A DNA stretch of 64,000 nucleotides from Eledone cirrhosa (taxonomy: Eukaryota): assembly GCA_964016885.1 (NCBI GenBank), contig OZ024742.1, positions 355,074,001 through 355,138,000 on the forward strand, in the 5' to 3' direction. Position numbers and translations under genes: made by a program. This document shows positions 14,400 to 29,000 of the stretch, piece by piece; position 1 is the stretch's first letter; each line of letters opens with the position of its first letter. The notes beneath the pieces were generated by a model. That model saw only the letters and a program-made list of their open reading frames with translations, ran no database searches and was not told the origin of the DNA.

Positions 14400-14998
14400 C
14401 TAGCAGCAGTACCCAGCGTTACCTGGGTAGGTAAAATAATATCTGCTTTCATGAAAAGGTTTTGATCTTAGCGACTGCTTCTCGATGATTATATTGCCAC
14501 ACACAGGACATGCGGGGGTGGTGATGACCCTCTATCACTGAGAAACGCAAGTGACTGACGAAGTGGTATGCTGGGGGAGCGAGTTTCGAATTTGAACGAA
14601 ATCGGTTGAAAAATGTGGAAATTTGAGCGAAATGGTGGTGTTTTCGAATATTTAAGCGGCTGCCACGCCGTCCCTGAACAATAAATGCAAAATATAAAGC
14701 CATTGCAGGAGCTGCAATGATAAATTCTATTTTGCTTTAAAATTTGAACGAATTGTGGGAGCTAGAGCCAAAAATCTTATTTTTCGATACCTAAAAAAAG
14801 GTGATCCCCCCTATCGATTCTTATCTGCAGAATGACCACGGAATAAAAAACCATACGCTGATATATAGAAATCACTCTCCGATGACTACTCTATGAGCCT
14901 GTAAAGTACCATGAAAATCGGTCGTAAGATGTAGGCACCTATAGGTAATAAACAGACACACAGACACACACACATACATCATTTTATATATATACAGA
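14400..14998 (+). mobile_element. Helentron/DINE-1-like non-autonomous element
   Basis: Starts ctagcagcagtacccagcgttacctggg (small hairpin); ends atgaaaatcggtc...acagacacacagac...ttttatatatata. Confidence 0.5.
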
Positions 14999-15139
14999 CG
15001 ACATTCCATCTAATTATACAGGGTCTTCATTAATTTTCTACATTCTACTTCAATCAATTCCCAACCATTTCATGTATGAATAATAAAGAACTTCTTACTA
15101 GTTATCCCATCTCAGGGCTATGTAATAGAGAGCTATTTT

Positions 15140-15400
15140 GTTGATGGAAGCACAGAAAACTAGCAATTTACTGGGGTTTGTATCATCCAAGATAGGCATA
15201 AATCAAAAGAAGTTAGCAGGACATTGTGTAGGACACCCAGGAAAAGACATATTAAAACTGGTTCTGTGAAAACCATTATTCGAACAAAGAAGCATGTCGT
15301 AGAGAAATAACATGCATGGATAGCCTAGTGAAAGATACTAGCTGCGGCATTGAGTAAATCAATGGTGTACAGAGTAGATTGGATATGACTAACTGATAGT
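15140..15400 (+). mobile_element. RTE-type LINE 3' fragment
   Basis: Translates to SSKI..LAGHCVGHPG..LKLVL*KP, paralleling the C-terminus at 45.1 kb. Confidence 0.5.
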
Positions 15401-16094
15401 AGAAGAAAACATTTAAAGAAAATAAATTTCACCTACAAAATCCTTTATGAAAGATCTAGCGTAGTGGGAATATTTTGTCAACTGCGTTCTGTCTGGGATG
15501 AAAACCACACTGCTCCTCAGCTACCTTGGATTCGACAATCTCCCTACATCTCATTGCCTGACACATCGTATAATACTTTACTGGGAAGGCTTAACAAAGC
15601 GATCGCTATATAATTAGAGCTATTTCCCTTGTCCCAACATTTTGAAAATTGGGGTTATTTCTCCCGAGTGCCATTGCTTGAGTGTCTTGCCAGAGATACA
15701 AGCTACCCAGCACACACGAGTCTACATGAAAGTACTTTCTCTATTTAAGGCTTTTAAAATCTTTGTGCCTATTTCATCTTCTACAGTGGGCTTGCCACAT
15801 TGGTGACCTGAGCCACTAATAGATAAGTCACGACTCCCAGATGTACTTCAGGAACAAGTCGAAGCAGAAGGAGAAGGAAACAAAAGTAAAAGAAAAAGAT
15901 GGACAGGAAGAAGAAAATTCGAACTGAAACTATCAACAACTACCCTTAAATTTGCAACTACAAAAAATGTTTACTATTACACTACGTCTTCAAAATGATC
16001 AAAACGCTTCCAATTTATTAAAATGATTTTGTGAATGTGATGAACAGCAAAACATCTTCATACGTTTACTTACAAATGTTAAATTTCAGTTTCT

Positions 16095-16275
16095 AAATAA
16101 TTGTTTCTACATTTGGCACAAGGCAACCAGTTATCCAGTACATTACTGGTACTTTATTTTATCGAGCCCGTAAGGATGAAAGGCAAAGTTAACCTGGGCG
16201 GGTTTTGAACTCAGACTGTAAAAGGACGTAACTATGCTGGAAAGCATGGCGTCCGAATCTCCACCGATACTGCCA
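16095..16275 (-). mobile_element. tRNA-derived SINE
   Basis: Family body and B box (gagttcaaa) on the minus strand. Confidence 0.8.
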
Positions 16276-17080
16276 AAATGGAGTCTGAACAGACATGAAA
16301 TTAAAATTCGAAAGAACTCATCACACTACCCTATCCTTGTTATTTGGTCCTAGAGTCCTTGCTTTCTCCCATATTTTGCTCCGATATATGGCTTTCATAG
16401 TCCTTTCCGCTACCTCCCTGGCAACCTCATCCACTCTTCCTTACACCTCAAATAAAGATATAGCGTAACATGAATTTGTTTCCGTACACTTAAGTTTTGT
16501 CAAATTTTCAATTTCAAATTAAAGGTTAAAAATAAACTTAAAAACTACAGCATTTTAAAAACATGTAATAATATGAAAGTAAGTTTTTCATCAAAAGAAT
16601 TTCAGACACATATTTACACGTTTTAAATGAAAACTGAATAGATTAATATTCCTGGTCGTTTCGTTTTTTTCATTTATACTAGTTTGCATGCCACTGTCCT
16701 TCTTACTGTATTACTTTCGCTGTTTTGTTATGCAGTGACTGATACGTGTTAAAGTATATCTCATATTTTTATTTTATTTTTCACAATATTATATCTCACA
16801 AAATATATCTAAGTACACATCAATTTCTAGTTGAATAGATAGTAAATATATGAATGTTTCGTTTTCCAAGCTAATCTTACTTGTCATCTAATATTTCTTT
16901 CCTGTACACACCATCATCTTACAAATCTATTTTGTTTTATGTGGGAAGGCAATAACAAGCAAACGATATCAAGTAGATTATGCAGTTATGAAGTTTTCAG
17001 TTCATAAAGTAGATCTACTTATTGCAGTCCTATTCTAGTGCAGTATTAAATAGAAATACGGACAGCAATTGATACAAACG

Positions 17081-17143
<63 letters not shown>

Positions 17144-17621
17144 TCTCTCTTATATACACACATATCAATTTCACATATACATATGCATATAAACGTGTAC
17201 ACACTTACAGATACATACACAAACACACATATATATCTATGTCTGTGTATATGCATGTGAATGTGTGTGTGTTTTGTTTATCAAGCATTTCATACAGATA
17301 ACAAAAACTGGGACATATTCGATTTTGTTTTTCATCGATGGTTTTATATTGCCGGAAGAAAGGGTTTATTGATTATATAAAACGTATATTAAATATGAAA
17401 AGAAGATGGACGCCATATCGAAGCTGACTAACAACAATGGTGTAATGAGAAACGGTAAATGATATCATGAGACAATTTGATAAATAGGAGTTATTTAATA
17501 GACATGTAATGAGTAGTAACGGTTTTCTATGGGAGAATAATATCCTACATTTACACATGTGTTTGTTTATGAAGGTGTGTTGTATGTCACCATATCTCTT
17601 GATTCCGCTCTACCCCCTAAC

Positions 17622-17721
<100 letters not shown>

Positions 17722-17927
17722 TTATATAGACATATACAAAGGTAACAATGCATGCAGATATATAGATGCACACACATACACAAACACATATGTATATACG
17801 TGTCTGTGTATACAAATGATTGTGAGGTAGGCGAAAAGACAGTTTTCTATACATGAAATACAGTATTCATTTGTTCAACAAGTAGACGAAATATATGATA
17901 CGATTACATTGATACAAACACACACAC

Positions 17928-17997
<70 letters not shown>

Positions 17998-18254
17998 AAT
18001 GTTTCATACACTAAAAATGTTTGTGATGCCATTGGTGTCGGCGTCCAATTATGGCCACCACTGTATTTGTTTGCATGCCTGATAAACGGTGTGGCCATAA
18101 CCGTCCCCCGCAAATAAAGGTCCGACATACATTTAGCGTGTGCGGCGAAATATTGTTTATACTAAATAAGTTGTCTTACAATAGATTGAGAAGTGTTCTC
18201 GGGCATCTTTCATCTATGGATATCCTGCACATATATATATATAGAGAGAGAAGT

Positions 18255-18735
18255 ATGAAACGAAATTTCATTTCTCACTCTTAGTACGGCTGATATTTAT
18301 TATGCCGTACAGTGTTCAGGCAACCACCGTCGCCGTTTTGTTCAACACTGACACAGGAACGATGTACTAGTTTGAAGCTTATTAGGTTTCGTCAGCATCG
18401 TATACCTTCCTGCCAGATGATTGAACGTCTGAAAGTATATACTTTCCCCATGCATATTAACGGCTGAGCAGCCTAATTTGCATATCGAGTGAGTTAGTCG
18501 GCCGGGCGCACCGAAAACGATAAATGGAAAAGAATGAAACCAAATTTCATTCAGCCGTTAATATGCATAAGTGCGGCATAATTCTGGCTGATTGATTGTT
18601 TACAAGCGAACAACCGAACATTATAATAAATGTTCGGTAAACCCATACGTACATATATATATGTGTGCATGTATGTATATATATACATACTAATGTACGT
18701 TTGTATACATATATGTATGTGCGTATACTTACATA
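18255..18735. mobile_element. Retrozyme-family fold-back copy with mutated HHR
   Basis: Left arm HHR 18359-18401 (-) has GAAA>CAAA and stem I acgatg/catcgt. Octamer 18476-18483. Inverted partial arm 18550-18735. Confidence 0.8.
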
Positions 18736-18760
18736 TATGTATATATATATAAATATAAAT

Positions 18761-18975
18761 ATATAGGAAAATATCCAGGACCCCCACGGTACAGCTCAAG
18801 CCATTTCGACGGCTATTTCTGGACTGAAATAGTCCAGAAAAATAGCCATCGAAACGGCTTGAGCTCTGCTGTCGGGGCACTGAACCTTTTCCTGTTACCC
18901 AGTCTACTACTCAAAATATCGAGCTCTCTGCTGCGTTATGGTCCATCAGTTCCTTACCACATTCCCTTCGTTATA
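18761..18975 (-). mobile_element. Second copy of the palindromic/cruciform element
   Basis: Reverse-complement similarity to 8311-8510 (ggtaaggaac..ggaccataacgca; agccgtttcga..ggct). Confidence 0.7.
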
Positions 18976-19646
18976 TAAATTTACACACACAAAAACAAGA
19001 TGGCGTAGGACAGAACAAAGGAGAGGTACAAAACAAAGACAAGAATCCCCAGTCACTGAAGAGGTAACATAATGTGTGACGAGAGAAAATTGACAATATA
19101 TGAAGAACCGTCCGGTTATGGAACCAACCAACCAACCGAAAATGTATACATTCTTAAATTTATAAATTTTATTTATAATAAATTGGAATGAAAGTTACTG
19201 GTGCGTGTGTTTCTTATTGGCAACATGACCCTCCCAAAGCATAACAATATATATATATATATATATATACATATATATATTGGGTAAATTGTAAAAATTC
19301 GGTCACAAATTAACATCGTATATGCACCTAGAATGATCCCCTCCGCGTCCCGAATCAGCGCAAGTTTGGTTGGAAGACAAGCAGTCAACCTTGCATGCCA
19401 GCCTCCCTTCGCAACGCCAGTATTTTTGTCCAAGGTAGACAAAATCACCGATAGAGCTTGGCTCTACAGTTGTTGCAGTTGCAGGCTCTTTTCTACAGAT
19501 AAGAGAACTGGAGTAACGGAAAATAAAATGTCATATTCATGGACGCATCACATAAGCCGATACGTATCGAACTCACAACGCTTTCGTGTGTGTGTATGTG
19601 TGTGTGTATATGTGTGTATGTGTGTGTGTGTGTGCGTGTGCGTGTA

Positions 19647-19686
<40 letters not shown>

Positions 19687-20732
19687 TTTGTGTGTGTGTG
19701 TGTGTGTATTTGTGTGTGAGTGTTTGTGTGCATAAAAAGCCAAATCCACTTTCTAAACGTACAAATTTAAATTCATCTTCCAAAAAATTGGCTACGGCCA
19801 GAATGATTAAGGGTAAAGTTGCTTGAACTACAACATATATGAATATAATACATGGAGTTATGAATATTTGAATCGTTCCGATATTTGAAACTTGAAAATG
19901 TGAATATTTCAAACGCAGGTTTTTCGTATCTGGACGTATTTTACCCGAGTCTCTCATCTATTATTTATTGCAATCGACTATTTTTACAGATATCTTCTGC
20001 ACTTAAGATTCTCCATTATTGCCTCTGTTAAGTTGAAAAGCACTTCAGTTATAGTGCAATTATAGTTATCCCCTTCAATATAGAAGCATAACAAAATAAA
20101 AACATGCTATATTGTAATAATGAAGACCGCGTGGAAATATACAAAATGGCAAATACGTTTTGCCATTTTCTGTACGTTTTAAGTGATATTTTAACAGAGT
20201 AGATGAGAACGCTGCATGAACTCGTTGACATGTGGGTACAGTTTGGATATAAACGAAATTATTCCATTAAAAGAATTGCACTAAGTTTTAACATTCAACC
20301 TTATCCATTTGCCTTACACTCTACTTCTACACTAAACATTCAACTTTCCTTTATTAACACTAACTTTTTAACTAGATACCCCTGTATGAACGTTCTTTGT
20401 ATTGATTTACTTGCAAATTACAATACATAAATACGTTTATACCAATCGTATTACGGTTTAGAATGTTATGTATTCTACACGAATTCCGAAATATTTCGTA
20501 GTTTTTTCTAAATCTAAAATGGTTCCTGCAACCCTGGCTCTCTACAATTTCAAATTCGCACATTAATTCAACACTCGGCGTTGTTTCACACCACCATATT
20601 ATCCCTCCCCCCATTATGACTCCTGGTTGTTTCCTCATTTCAAAACACTTAGGTAAACAGAAATAACAACACAAATGGTACAGTATATGGAAGGGATGTA
20701 TTAGGTTAACGGTTGATATAGCAGGAAGAGGG

Positions 20733-20768
20733 CTTTAACGTTTCGGACGGTTGTCCTTCATCAGAAGA
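20733..20768 (-). ncRNA. Minimal hammerhead ribozyme (PLE type)
   Basis: ctt-CTGATGA-a ggac aacc gtcc-GAAA-cgt-TA-aag, with palindromic AACGTT stem III. Confidence 0.7.
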
Positions 20769-21344
20769 AATAATGAGAAATAAAATAGATTGAGGGCATG
20801 GGCGGGTTGGAATTGGAATAAATGTATTTAGATGAAAATAACTGGTCTATACAGTCGAGCGCTTTACGATAGAGAACAAAGATCTTCGCACCAATGTGTG
20901 GCTATTGTCACTGTGGGACTAATACTACCCCAGTATGACGTCCTGCAGAAAATAAGTCAATCTCACAACTGGGACCACATACTTAATTGAAATATTTCCC
21001 AAAAATGTAGTCTCCGCCGACCTTTACAAATTCTTTGAAGCATCACAAGCCGTTCTATTCCTGACCTCTTATATATTGCACTCTCTGTATTTCATCTTTA
21101 TAGTGCAGTTTCCAGGTATTTACATAAATGTTTTCGCCTCAGAACATGTCACATGCTATAACCACTTTCCTTCTACCTTCTATCCTTCTTCTTCTTCTTC
21201 TTCTTCTTTTAATTATACATTTTGAACCATACAGCTTTTACAAACTATATTATGTTTTAAAAATATTATTGGGTTCCTTTTAAGCATTACATTTTATTTA
21301 TTACACATCATTTGTTACCATTTAATTTGCATTATTATACATTA

Positions 21345-21682
21345 TACGGCCCTTGCCATTCTGAGTTCAAATCCCGCCAATGTTAACTTTGCCTTTCATC
21401 CTTACGGGGTCGATCAAATAAAGTACCAGCAATGCACTGAGTAATTGCTGACCTTGTGCCTAACGTAGAAACAATTAGTATAACTTATAATGTGTGGTGG
21501 ACTGGCAGTATCGGTAGAGGGTCGGACGCCATGCTTTTCTGCAGAGAGTTACGTCATTTTACGGACTAAATTCAAATCCCGCCGAGGGTAACTTTGCCTC
21601 TCATCCTTACGGGGTCGATAAAATAAAGTACCAGTTATACACTGGGTAATTGCTGACCTTGTGCCAAAAGTAGGAACAATTA
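21345..21682 (+). mobile_element. Two tandem tRNA-derived SINEs
   Basis: gagttcaaatcccgcc B box and the ggggtcgataaaataaagtaccag body occur twice. Confidence 0.85.
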
Positions 21683-23967
21683 TGATACCTTATTTTTTAA
21701 TCTCTTATATTTTCCTTTTACTCTCATGACTACTGATCGTAGGAACTCTAATTACGCCCCGAGTACCTGGGTCTGCCCACCTCCCCCAGTGCTTGGGAAA
21801 CTCCAAATTACACTTTTCGCGTGGGAATACATTAAAACTCGAAACTGTTTATCGGCCTTTGGGCACTCGGTGTACTGGGAAGTCATGTTTTCAGGCATGA
21901 TTGAACGCCAAATCACAATCTTGATATAGTATAATACAAGATTACCTCACACCCCATAGGAATCTAACATTGAACAACGCGAAGAACCCAAGTTAGATAG
22001 GAATTTTGTTTAGCTTAATTTAACCTTATATTATTTGTTTATTACCTCTAAACATCACATAAATATATTATTAGAATCGTTAACATAACTCGTATCTGTA
22101 CTAGATAATTACGTTACTTCACCACCTAACTGTACGGAAACTACTGCACATGGGTACACGGACGTGTCGACCTTTCCTGGAGTGCCTGTAAATAATTAAA
22201 TAATTCCCCACTTTCGATATGCGATTATTCTCGGAATGTTTCATACGTGTCATAAGCTGCAGTCGTTTTTGGACCATTATCCCTGTTGATACTGTGTCAC
22301 ACTCTACTCTTCACATTACAATCACAGTGATTATAACTATCAAATAATAATATTAATTTATCAATTCTTTATCCTTCTCCTTATTCTTTAATTACATTTT
22401 TAAACATTTATTTATAATCTCCAAATTTAATCTTTAATTTTTAATTCCTTAATTCCTAAAATGTTTCTTTAGCGTTAAATTTTTAACAATGTTAACCTTA
22501 ATTTTCTCATAGTATTTGAATTCTTAAATTTTCTTTAGATGGTATGTACTTTAATTCACCCCGTATACTTTTTATAGAAATTTAGATCGACCCCGATAGA
22601 ATATAATTCTCTGTACGCCGATATACTTTAACATTCATATTTTGGTTGATGTCCAAATGAGATTGGATGGGAAGTAGTAGTAACTAACACAATCACTAAG
22701 CAGTACAACCTCTACCAACATAACAAACTGACAAACAGAATAGTCACTCAAGGGCGAACTCCCGACTGGCAACAACGGGCTTCTGTGATTGCCTTTGAGT
22801 CAAAAGCAAACACAAAATATATGTATTTTAATTCTCTGCTTTTTCCGCTCTGTTTTTTCAGCTTAAAAGCTATGGAATGTGTTTACCATCTTTCCTTTCG
22901 TATATAACTATTATGCAATATACATCTGATGATGTCACTAGCTTCATACGTAACCTGGCCAGTAATATGAGCAGAGGGTTTGCAAAAACATTTATTTAAA
23001 GGCATTCAACCAGTCCGATCTCCTGTCATTTTACTATCTATATAAGAGCCCTGCATACAGTCGTTGGTAACCAGAGTTAGTAAGGTATTCAATATATCAG
23101 TAGAGTGTAAAAATAATTGTTAATATAGAAATTACTTATACAGGACTACATCGATCCAATTCAAAGGAAGTCGTCAAGAAAAACAATATATGTAGCAAAC
23201 TGAAATCATTTGTCACTGATATACACATAGTCTCAACAATTGTTAGCCAGAGGACAGTCCGTAGCTAACTTTATAAAAGTTATTCTCTCTTCCTCTCTCT
23301 CTCTCTCCCTCTCTCTCTATATATATTTCTCTCTCTCCCCCTCACTCTCTCTCTCTCTCTCACTCTTTGTATATACATATATGATGGCTGTACGATTATA
23401 GAGTTTGGTGCACTTTTAGGCTACGGCCAGCCGCACTGTAACATATACTGAACAAGCAATGTCTGTGCTTTTAAGGATTTTTAAGTGGGGAAAGGCCTTG
23501 CACTCGACCAATACCATTCTCTGAGTATCGAAAACACTACCCGAAAAGGAGAACTCGTCAACATCATCGGATGCTTCTGAAGCCGTACATTCTTTTTTTT
23601 TCAGAGTTTCCCTCTCCTACAAAGGTTTTGTGACAAAAACTGGGCCCTTTCACTCCCAGTTGAAAATATATATATAAATATATATATATAACATTAACAC
23701 TCTCTAGTTGTTATATTGTCATCAACCACATGTACAGTTTTAAAACGTAAATATATTTGAAATAGAATTGTTGTTTGCTGCTTGGTAAAATATGTAGCAG
23801 CTGTTAGCTACGTTGATGTGAGAAATTTAATGTATCGTAGTCAATAGAGCAACAATGATAAACTTTACTCAAACTAATATAACTGTGCACAGATACGAAA
23901 GTGTTGGGAAGAGTACTCTATCTATAGAGATGGATAGATAGACGAAGCAGAACGTACTCTCTCTCTT

Positions 23968-24049
<82 letters not shown>

Positions 24050-24103
24050 GCAACCAAAGCTATGTGTGTTTTTGTATATATATATATATACATACACACA
24101 CAC

Positions 24104-24190
<87 letters not shown>

Positions 24191-24559
24191 TACACACAGA
24201 CATACATACATACATACACACACATATATATATATAAACAGACAGTTATTACAAAATGTTTGGCTTAAAGTAAAGACATAAACATTAGAAGAGTGAAAGG
24301 GGTTTCAGTGCAATCCGAAATGTAAGAAACAGCTTATAGTTGAATTTAATTTTCAAACATCCAGTTTATTCTGCGATAGCAGCTGATTCATAGTTTAAAC
24401 GTTTTAAACTAATATCAATATCACAGAGAAAAAATATTTACTTTATAGTCTCATATATTTTCTTTCTAAACCCATCCTAATATGTTTGTGATAATTTTCA
24501 TAAAATGGTTGAGAAAAGTGAAGTTATTCTGGTAAAGAAAAGTTATGTTCCCTGTTTAC

Positions 24560-25700
24560 CCGCTCTTACACATAATACTCAAACCTCCCACAAACATGTC
24601 GGTAACTCTATGTAGTATCTCTTTCCCAAAACTAATTTTCAATCTGTAATTAATAATCCTAACGTTAATTCGTACAAGCCGTGTAAATCCTAATATCCCA
24701 ACACTTCAGTGAGAAAGAGAGTAATTACTCTATGATATAAATACCGAAGACCCTTAGTAGATATTGACTGCAATTGATATCTCAAACTTCACATTCCGCC
24801 TTCACATTAGAATCCTAACTAAATTTATTTACAACCAGCTATGACAATGAACGGCATAAACATACGATCGATACTAATGTACAATATACACCGTCGTATA
24901 TTCAACAGCCCTACTATATTTCAAACAAATACCAACCATGTGATAAAGAACATGTTCTCGACCTAACATGGAATATTCGAATTCCACCCTCGCAAAATAA
25001 AATTGTAAAAAACAAAAACAGAAAAAGTGCAAATGTTCATTATCTGACTGAACACAGGCTAATTGGAGTCAAAAGAATGATAGTAAAAGCAAAGACCAAT
25101 TAGACCAATTGTTCAGAACCCAATATCTTCATATAACAAGATTAAACACTAACAGTCATAGCTAACACATGTACAATAATTCGCCGTCAAAAGACGCAAC
25201 ATCTACGGCATTCTGAGTCGCTATCAAAACAGTCTCTTTAGTAACTTCATTAAAGACAAACTAATAATAATGACACTTATACGGTGGTAACCACTGAACT
25301 ATACAGGCAAACGTGGAAGGCGTTACACATTCACGTAACTGCTAGACATTGGAACCAAATTTCTACAACACAGTATCGAAGGATTTATATGAAGGTTTAA
25401 CGTATTAAATATCGTGCTATTATTAAATATAAATGCTGGTCACTGCTGTAACATAATTTATTGTACGACAGTTCAATCAGGTTTGAACTGGTTCTCTAAT
25501 AACAATGTTAACAACGTTATCTAACAGTTATAAAAAGTCATAGAAAAGAAACCTAAATACGTACTTCGTTGACCGTAATCGGCAACTGGGCAAAACCACG
25601 AGGTTATTTATTACCCAAGATTACGTTAGCAGACTGGTTTCAACAACAAACAACATAACACATTCTTGATTTGGATATTGCCTAATCTTAGGAACATCAA
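24560..25700 (+). pseudogene. Highly degenerate APE-RT LINE remnant
   Basis: Scattered motifs LDLTW and YLTEHRLI (APE-like) and GFNNKQH..LDIA*S (RT-like), with many stops and frameshifts. Confidence 0.4.
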
Positions 25701-25887
25701 TCGTTAACTTAAAATATAAGTAGTGGCAATAATCATTTTTATTGTATCCGAATTTAAATGCCGCTTCCATAACATTTTTATAAAATACCCATCTTCATTT
25801 GTTGGCAGACATTTTAACCGCAATCTGCCCTTATAAAAATAAGATGCGAAGGTCCTATGTTCATGGCAAGCCCGACATGAGTATATA

Positions 25888-26075
25888 CAAATAATTGTTT
25901 CTACTTTTGGCACAAGGCCAGCAATTACCCAGTGCATTACTGGTACTTTATTTGATCGACCCCGTAAGGATGAAAGGCAAAGGTAACGTCGGCGGGATTT
26001 GAACTCAGAATGGCAAGGACCGTAACCCTATGCGTCAAATCATATCATCCAACCCACTACCCATACTGCCGACCA
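25888..26075 (-). mobile_element. tRNA-derived SINE
   Basis: Close reverse complement of 21345-21480. Confidence 0.85.
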
Positions 26076-29000
26076 ATTTATACAAATAATTACAATAAAG
26101 TTATCATTGAAATAATAAAGGTGAGTATTTATAACGTCGAGCTGGAGCAATTAAACCATTTAAAATTATATCAAATTTAGAATTTGAAATGTATGGAATG
26201 ATATAGAACAATCTCATTAAACATATTGATCGTAATTCTTACAACTATAGAAAAAGATATGTTTCAGAATAGCTACATTATGATGTGTAAATCTTGTTAG
26301 AATATCTCAAAATATTTGTTAATTTTGAATATATGAATGTTTATCTTTTAAGCTGTATTTAATTATGTGATGCTAAGAAATGCTTGGTCTGTATCTAATA
26401 TTCTTAATGATAAAAATATACAATATCTAAAAAAAATAGTTTAGAATAATCATCAAAGAAAAAATAACATGATTTCTCTTAGATTTATGAAAATGTTCTA
26501 ACATAAATAAAATCTACATTTATGAAATTACCTTAAATAATTCTTGTAAATAGCTATTATTCATTTCTTGCAAATTTCTTAACTCTTCAAGGTTGTTGTC
26601 CTAGTCGTCAGACATTATGATAAAGCCAAGGAAAATACCTATGAGACCAATGTGATAAAGTCTGCGAGACGATTCTAAAGATGAACATTATTTTATATAA
26701 ACAATTATTGTATATAAACAATCATTGTATATATCAATTATTGTATATCAGCAATTATTGTATATCATTAAACAAGTTTCCACTGAATTACTTTTTCATC
26801 CTTTCCACCTTTTTATGCATGTTCATGTAAACCCAATGTGTCCTCCTTAACGTACTCAATGATATTATAAGCCCCTGTGGTTGTGTAAATACACCAGTTA
26901 CTTGTCATTGAGGTGATGTTCAAGTGGATTGGATTGAGCTGGCTTCATCGAAGGTATTCATGTTGTAAGTTCATTTCAATGGAATTTCTCCGGGCGATTG
27001 CTTTCACAGGTGCTGCCCAGCTGCATGTATATACACTTTTGGATAGTAAAGTTCAAGCATTGCATGGTTTATAGCCGTGAGCCTTCACTTTCACACCAGA
27101 CCCGATTTTATGGAGCCAGTGTCGCAACGGGGATGCATGGGAAGCATGTTGGCCGGCAGATGTGTAAACACAACCTATTTGAGCCTGTTATTACGTCAGT
27201 AGGAGCTAACCAACTAAGGCATATCGACATTGTCAACACGTAAATAAATATCATTAGCAATAACTGCGCGTCAGATAACCCTCCGTGTCTATGGTACTGT
27301 CTCCATATTTATACATTTTGGCTGTAGAGATAATATATTTATGTACTCCCAATGTAAAGAAAATATATATTATACACGTTAAACAATTCAGATTGTCTAA
27401 CATGTCTAACGGGCAGATTTTCCACTTCTGAGGTTATAATTTTTGAAAATATTGATTTCTACTAATAAATGTTGAAAATACTAACAAGTGTTATATTTTA
27501 GATAAAGCAAAAATTATTTTAAATACGTTTTATATAATATTTAATTTTTTTACTTGTTTAATGTGTTTTATACAATAAAGGTATTGCGGATTTTAAGCAT
27601 TAGGATTTATATGTTTAGGTAAATCAAGAAAAGAATTAATAATTCCCGGATAAGTTTTAGGCTTTCCCAAGGTTTATATTACAGTGAATTTAGATTACCT
27701 GTAAGTAACGTATAAAGTTGAAAGAGGCTTTTACACGGCATATAACCAAGGATGCAAAAAAGAAAACAACAAAATAGCTTAAGTTATCTTAACATTTGTT
27801 TACTGCAAATATTAACGTGTTTCCGACTACGAAATTGCAAACGAAAAGAGAACAATTATCAAGATAGAGTGTTTTATATCATTATTTGCATCAGTTACGA
27901 GCAATTTAAATCCTCAACTGCGCAAACTATTAATATACGCATACATAATTTAAGAAACTAGGCATGGTTGCTGAACTAGAATTGTTAGCTCAGAGGTTGT
28001 CAAATATTTGAAATTAGATAACAAAAGTAGAATATTTAATCAAAATTTGCTGGAGTTATACACGATACGCGTTTTGAATACATGCACTTAGATGTGATAA
28101 ACACCAAAGGCTAAAATAGCAAAAGGTGGAAGCAATGTGTGTAGTATCAATCGTTTAATGCAGTCTTATAGAACAACAGCCAGGAGAACTAGAAACGGGT
28201 TATTAAATCTGATAATGCAAAATAAATGATAGACGATGTTAGGAAATAATCACTAACCTGGCTTTTAAAGAATGAAGAAAGCGTGTCTCCAGCGTTCTTA
28301 CCACCTCGTATTGTAGCAGGAAAAAACATGTCGGTTGTATTGTAAACTAAATCATTTAAGTAATCACTCAAATAAAACGAACAATCCCATCTAGAATAGT
28401 TCTCTTATATTATGCTTAAAATACGGATCTCTAGAACCAATGAAAGTTAATGATAGCTGATAATTAAAGGATTATGAGTATCTACTTTAGATGCAAATTA
28501 ATAAAAAACACAATTGAATTCCAGGCATCACACAAAAACGTAGATCACAAGATATAAACTGAGATGGCCCAGAAGACATTGTACATAGTCGTATTCACTG
28601 AGCTGGATATGCCTTCATGCATGGTCCCATAATACCCAGGGTGTCGTAGGGGCGCCGTATTGACATACGGCATTTCATAGCCATGTTAATCCTCACTTAG
28701 TCTGAATACAGCACATTTAGAGTAGGAACCGGATATAGAGTAGGAACCGGATATAGAGGAGGAACCGGCCGCAGTACTAGACCGGCACTTTTTTTGTCGA
28801 CCTTGAATGGATAAATACAAAGTTGACAACGGCGGGATTTGAACTCAGAGAGCAGAAACGAATAATGCTTTGAATTATATCCCATATACTACCAACAGCA
28901 GCCAATTTGCAGTCTGAGATGGACTTTTAAGAAGAAAATACTGCTGGAAATAGAAAATGGCTGCAGTTGAGACAAAAGTTAATTTCCGTACAGTTGCAGA

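Noticed and set aside
19051-19095. CTGAAGA with hairpin then GAGA
   Set aside because: Core mismatch and no consistent NUH/stem I register; probably chance.
22921-22970. CTGATGA...gtaa cctggccagta, a possible HHR
   Set aside because: GAAA is mutated and stems I and II are poor; at most a decayed relic.
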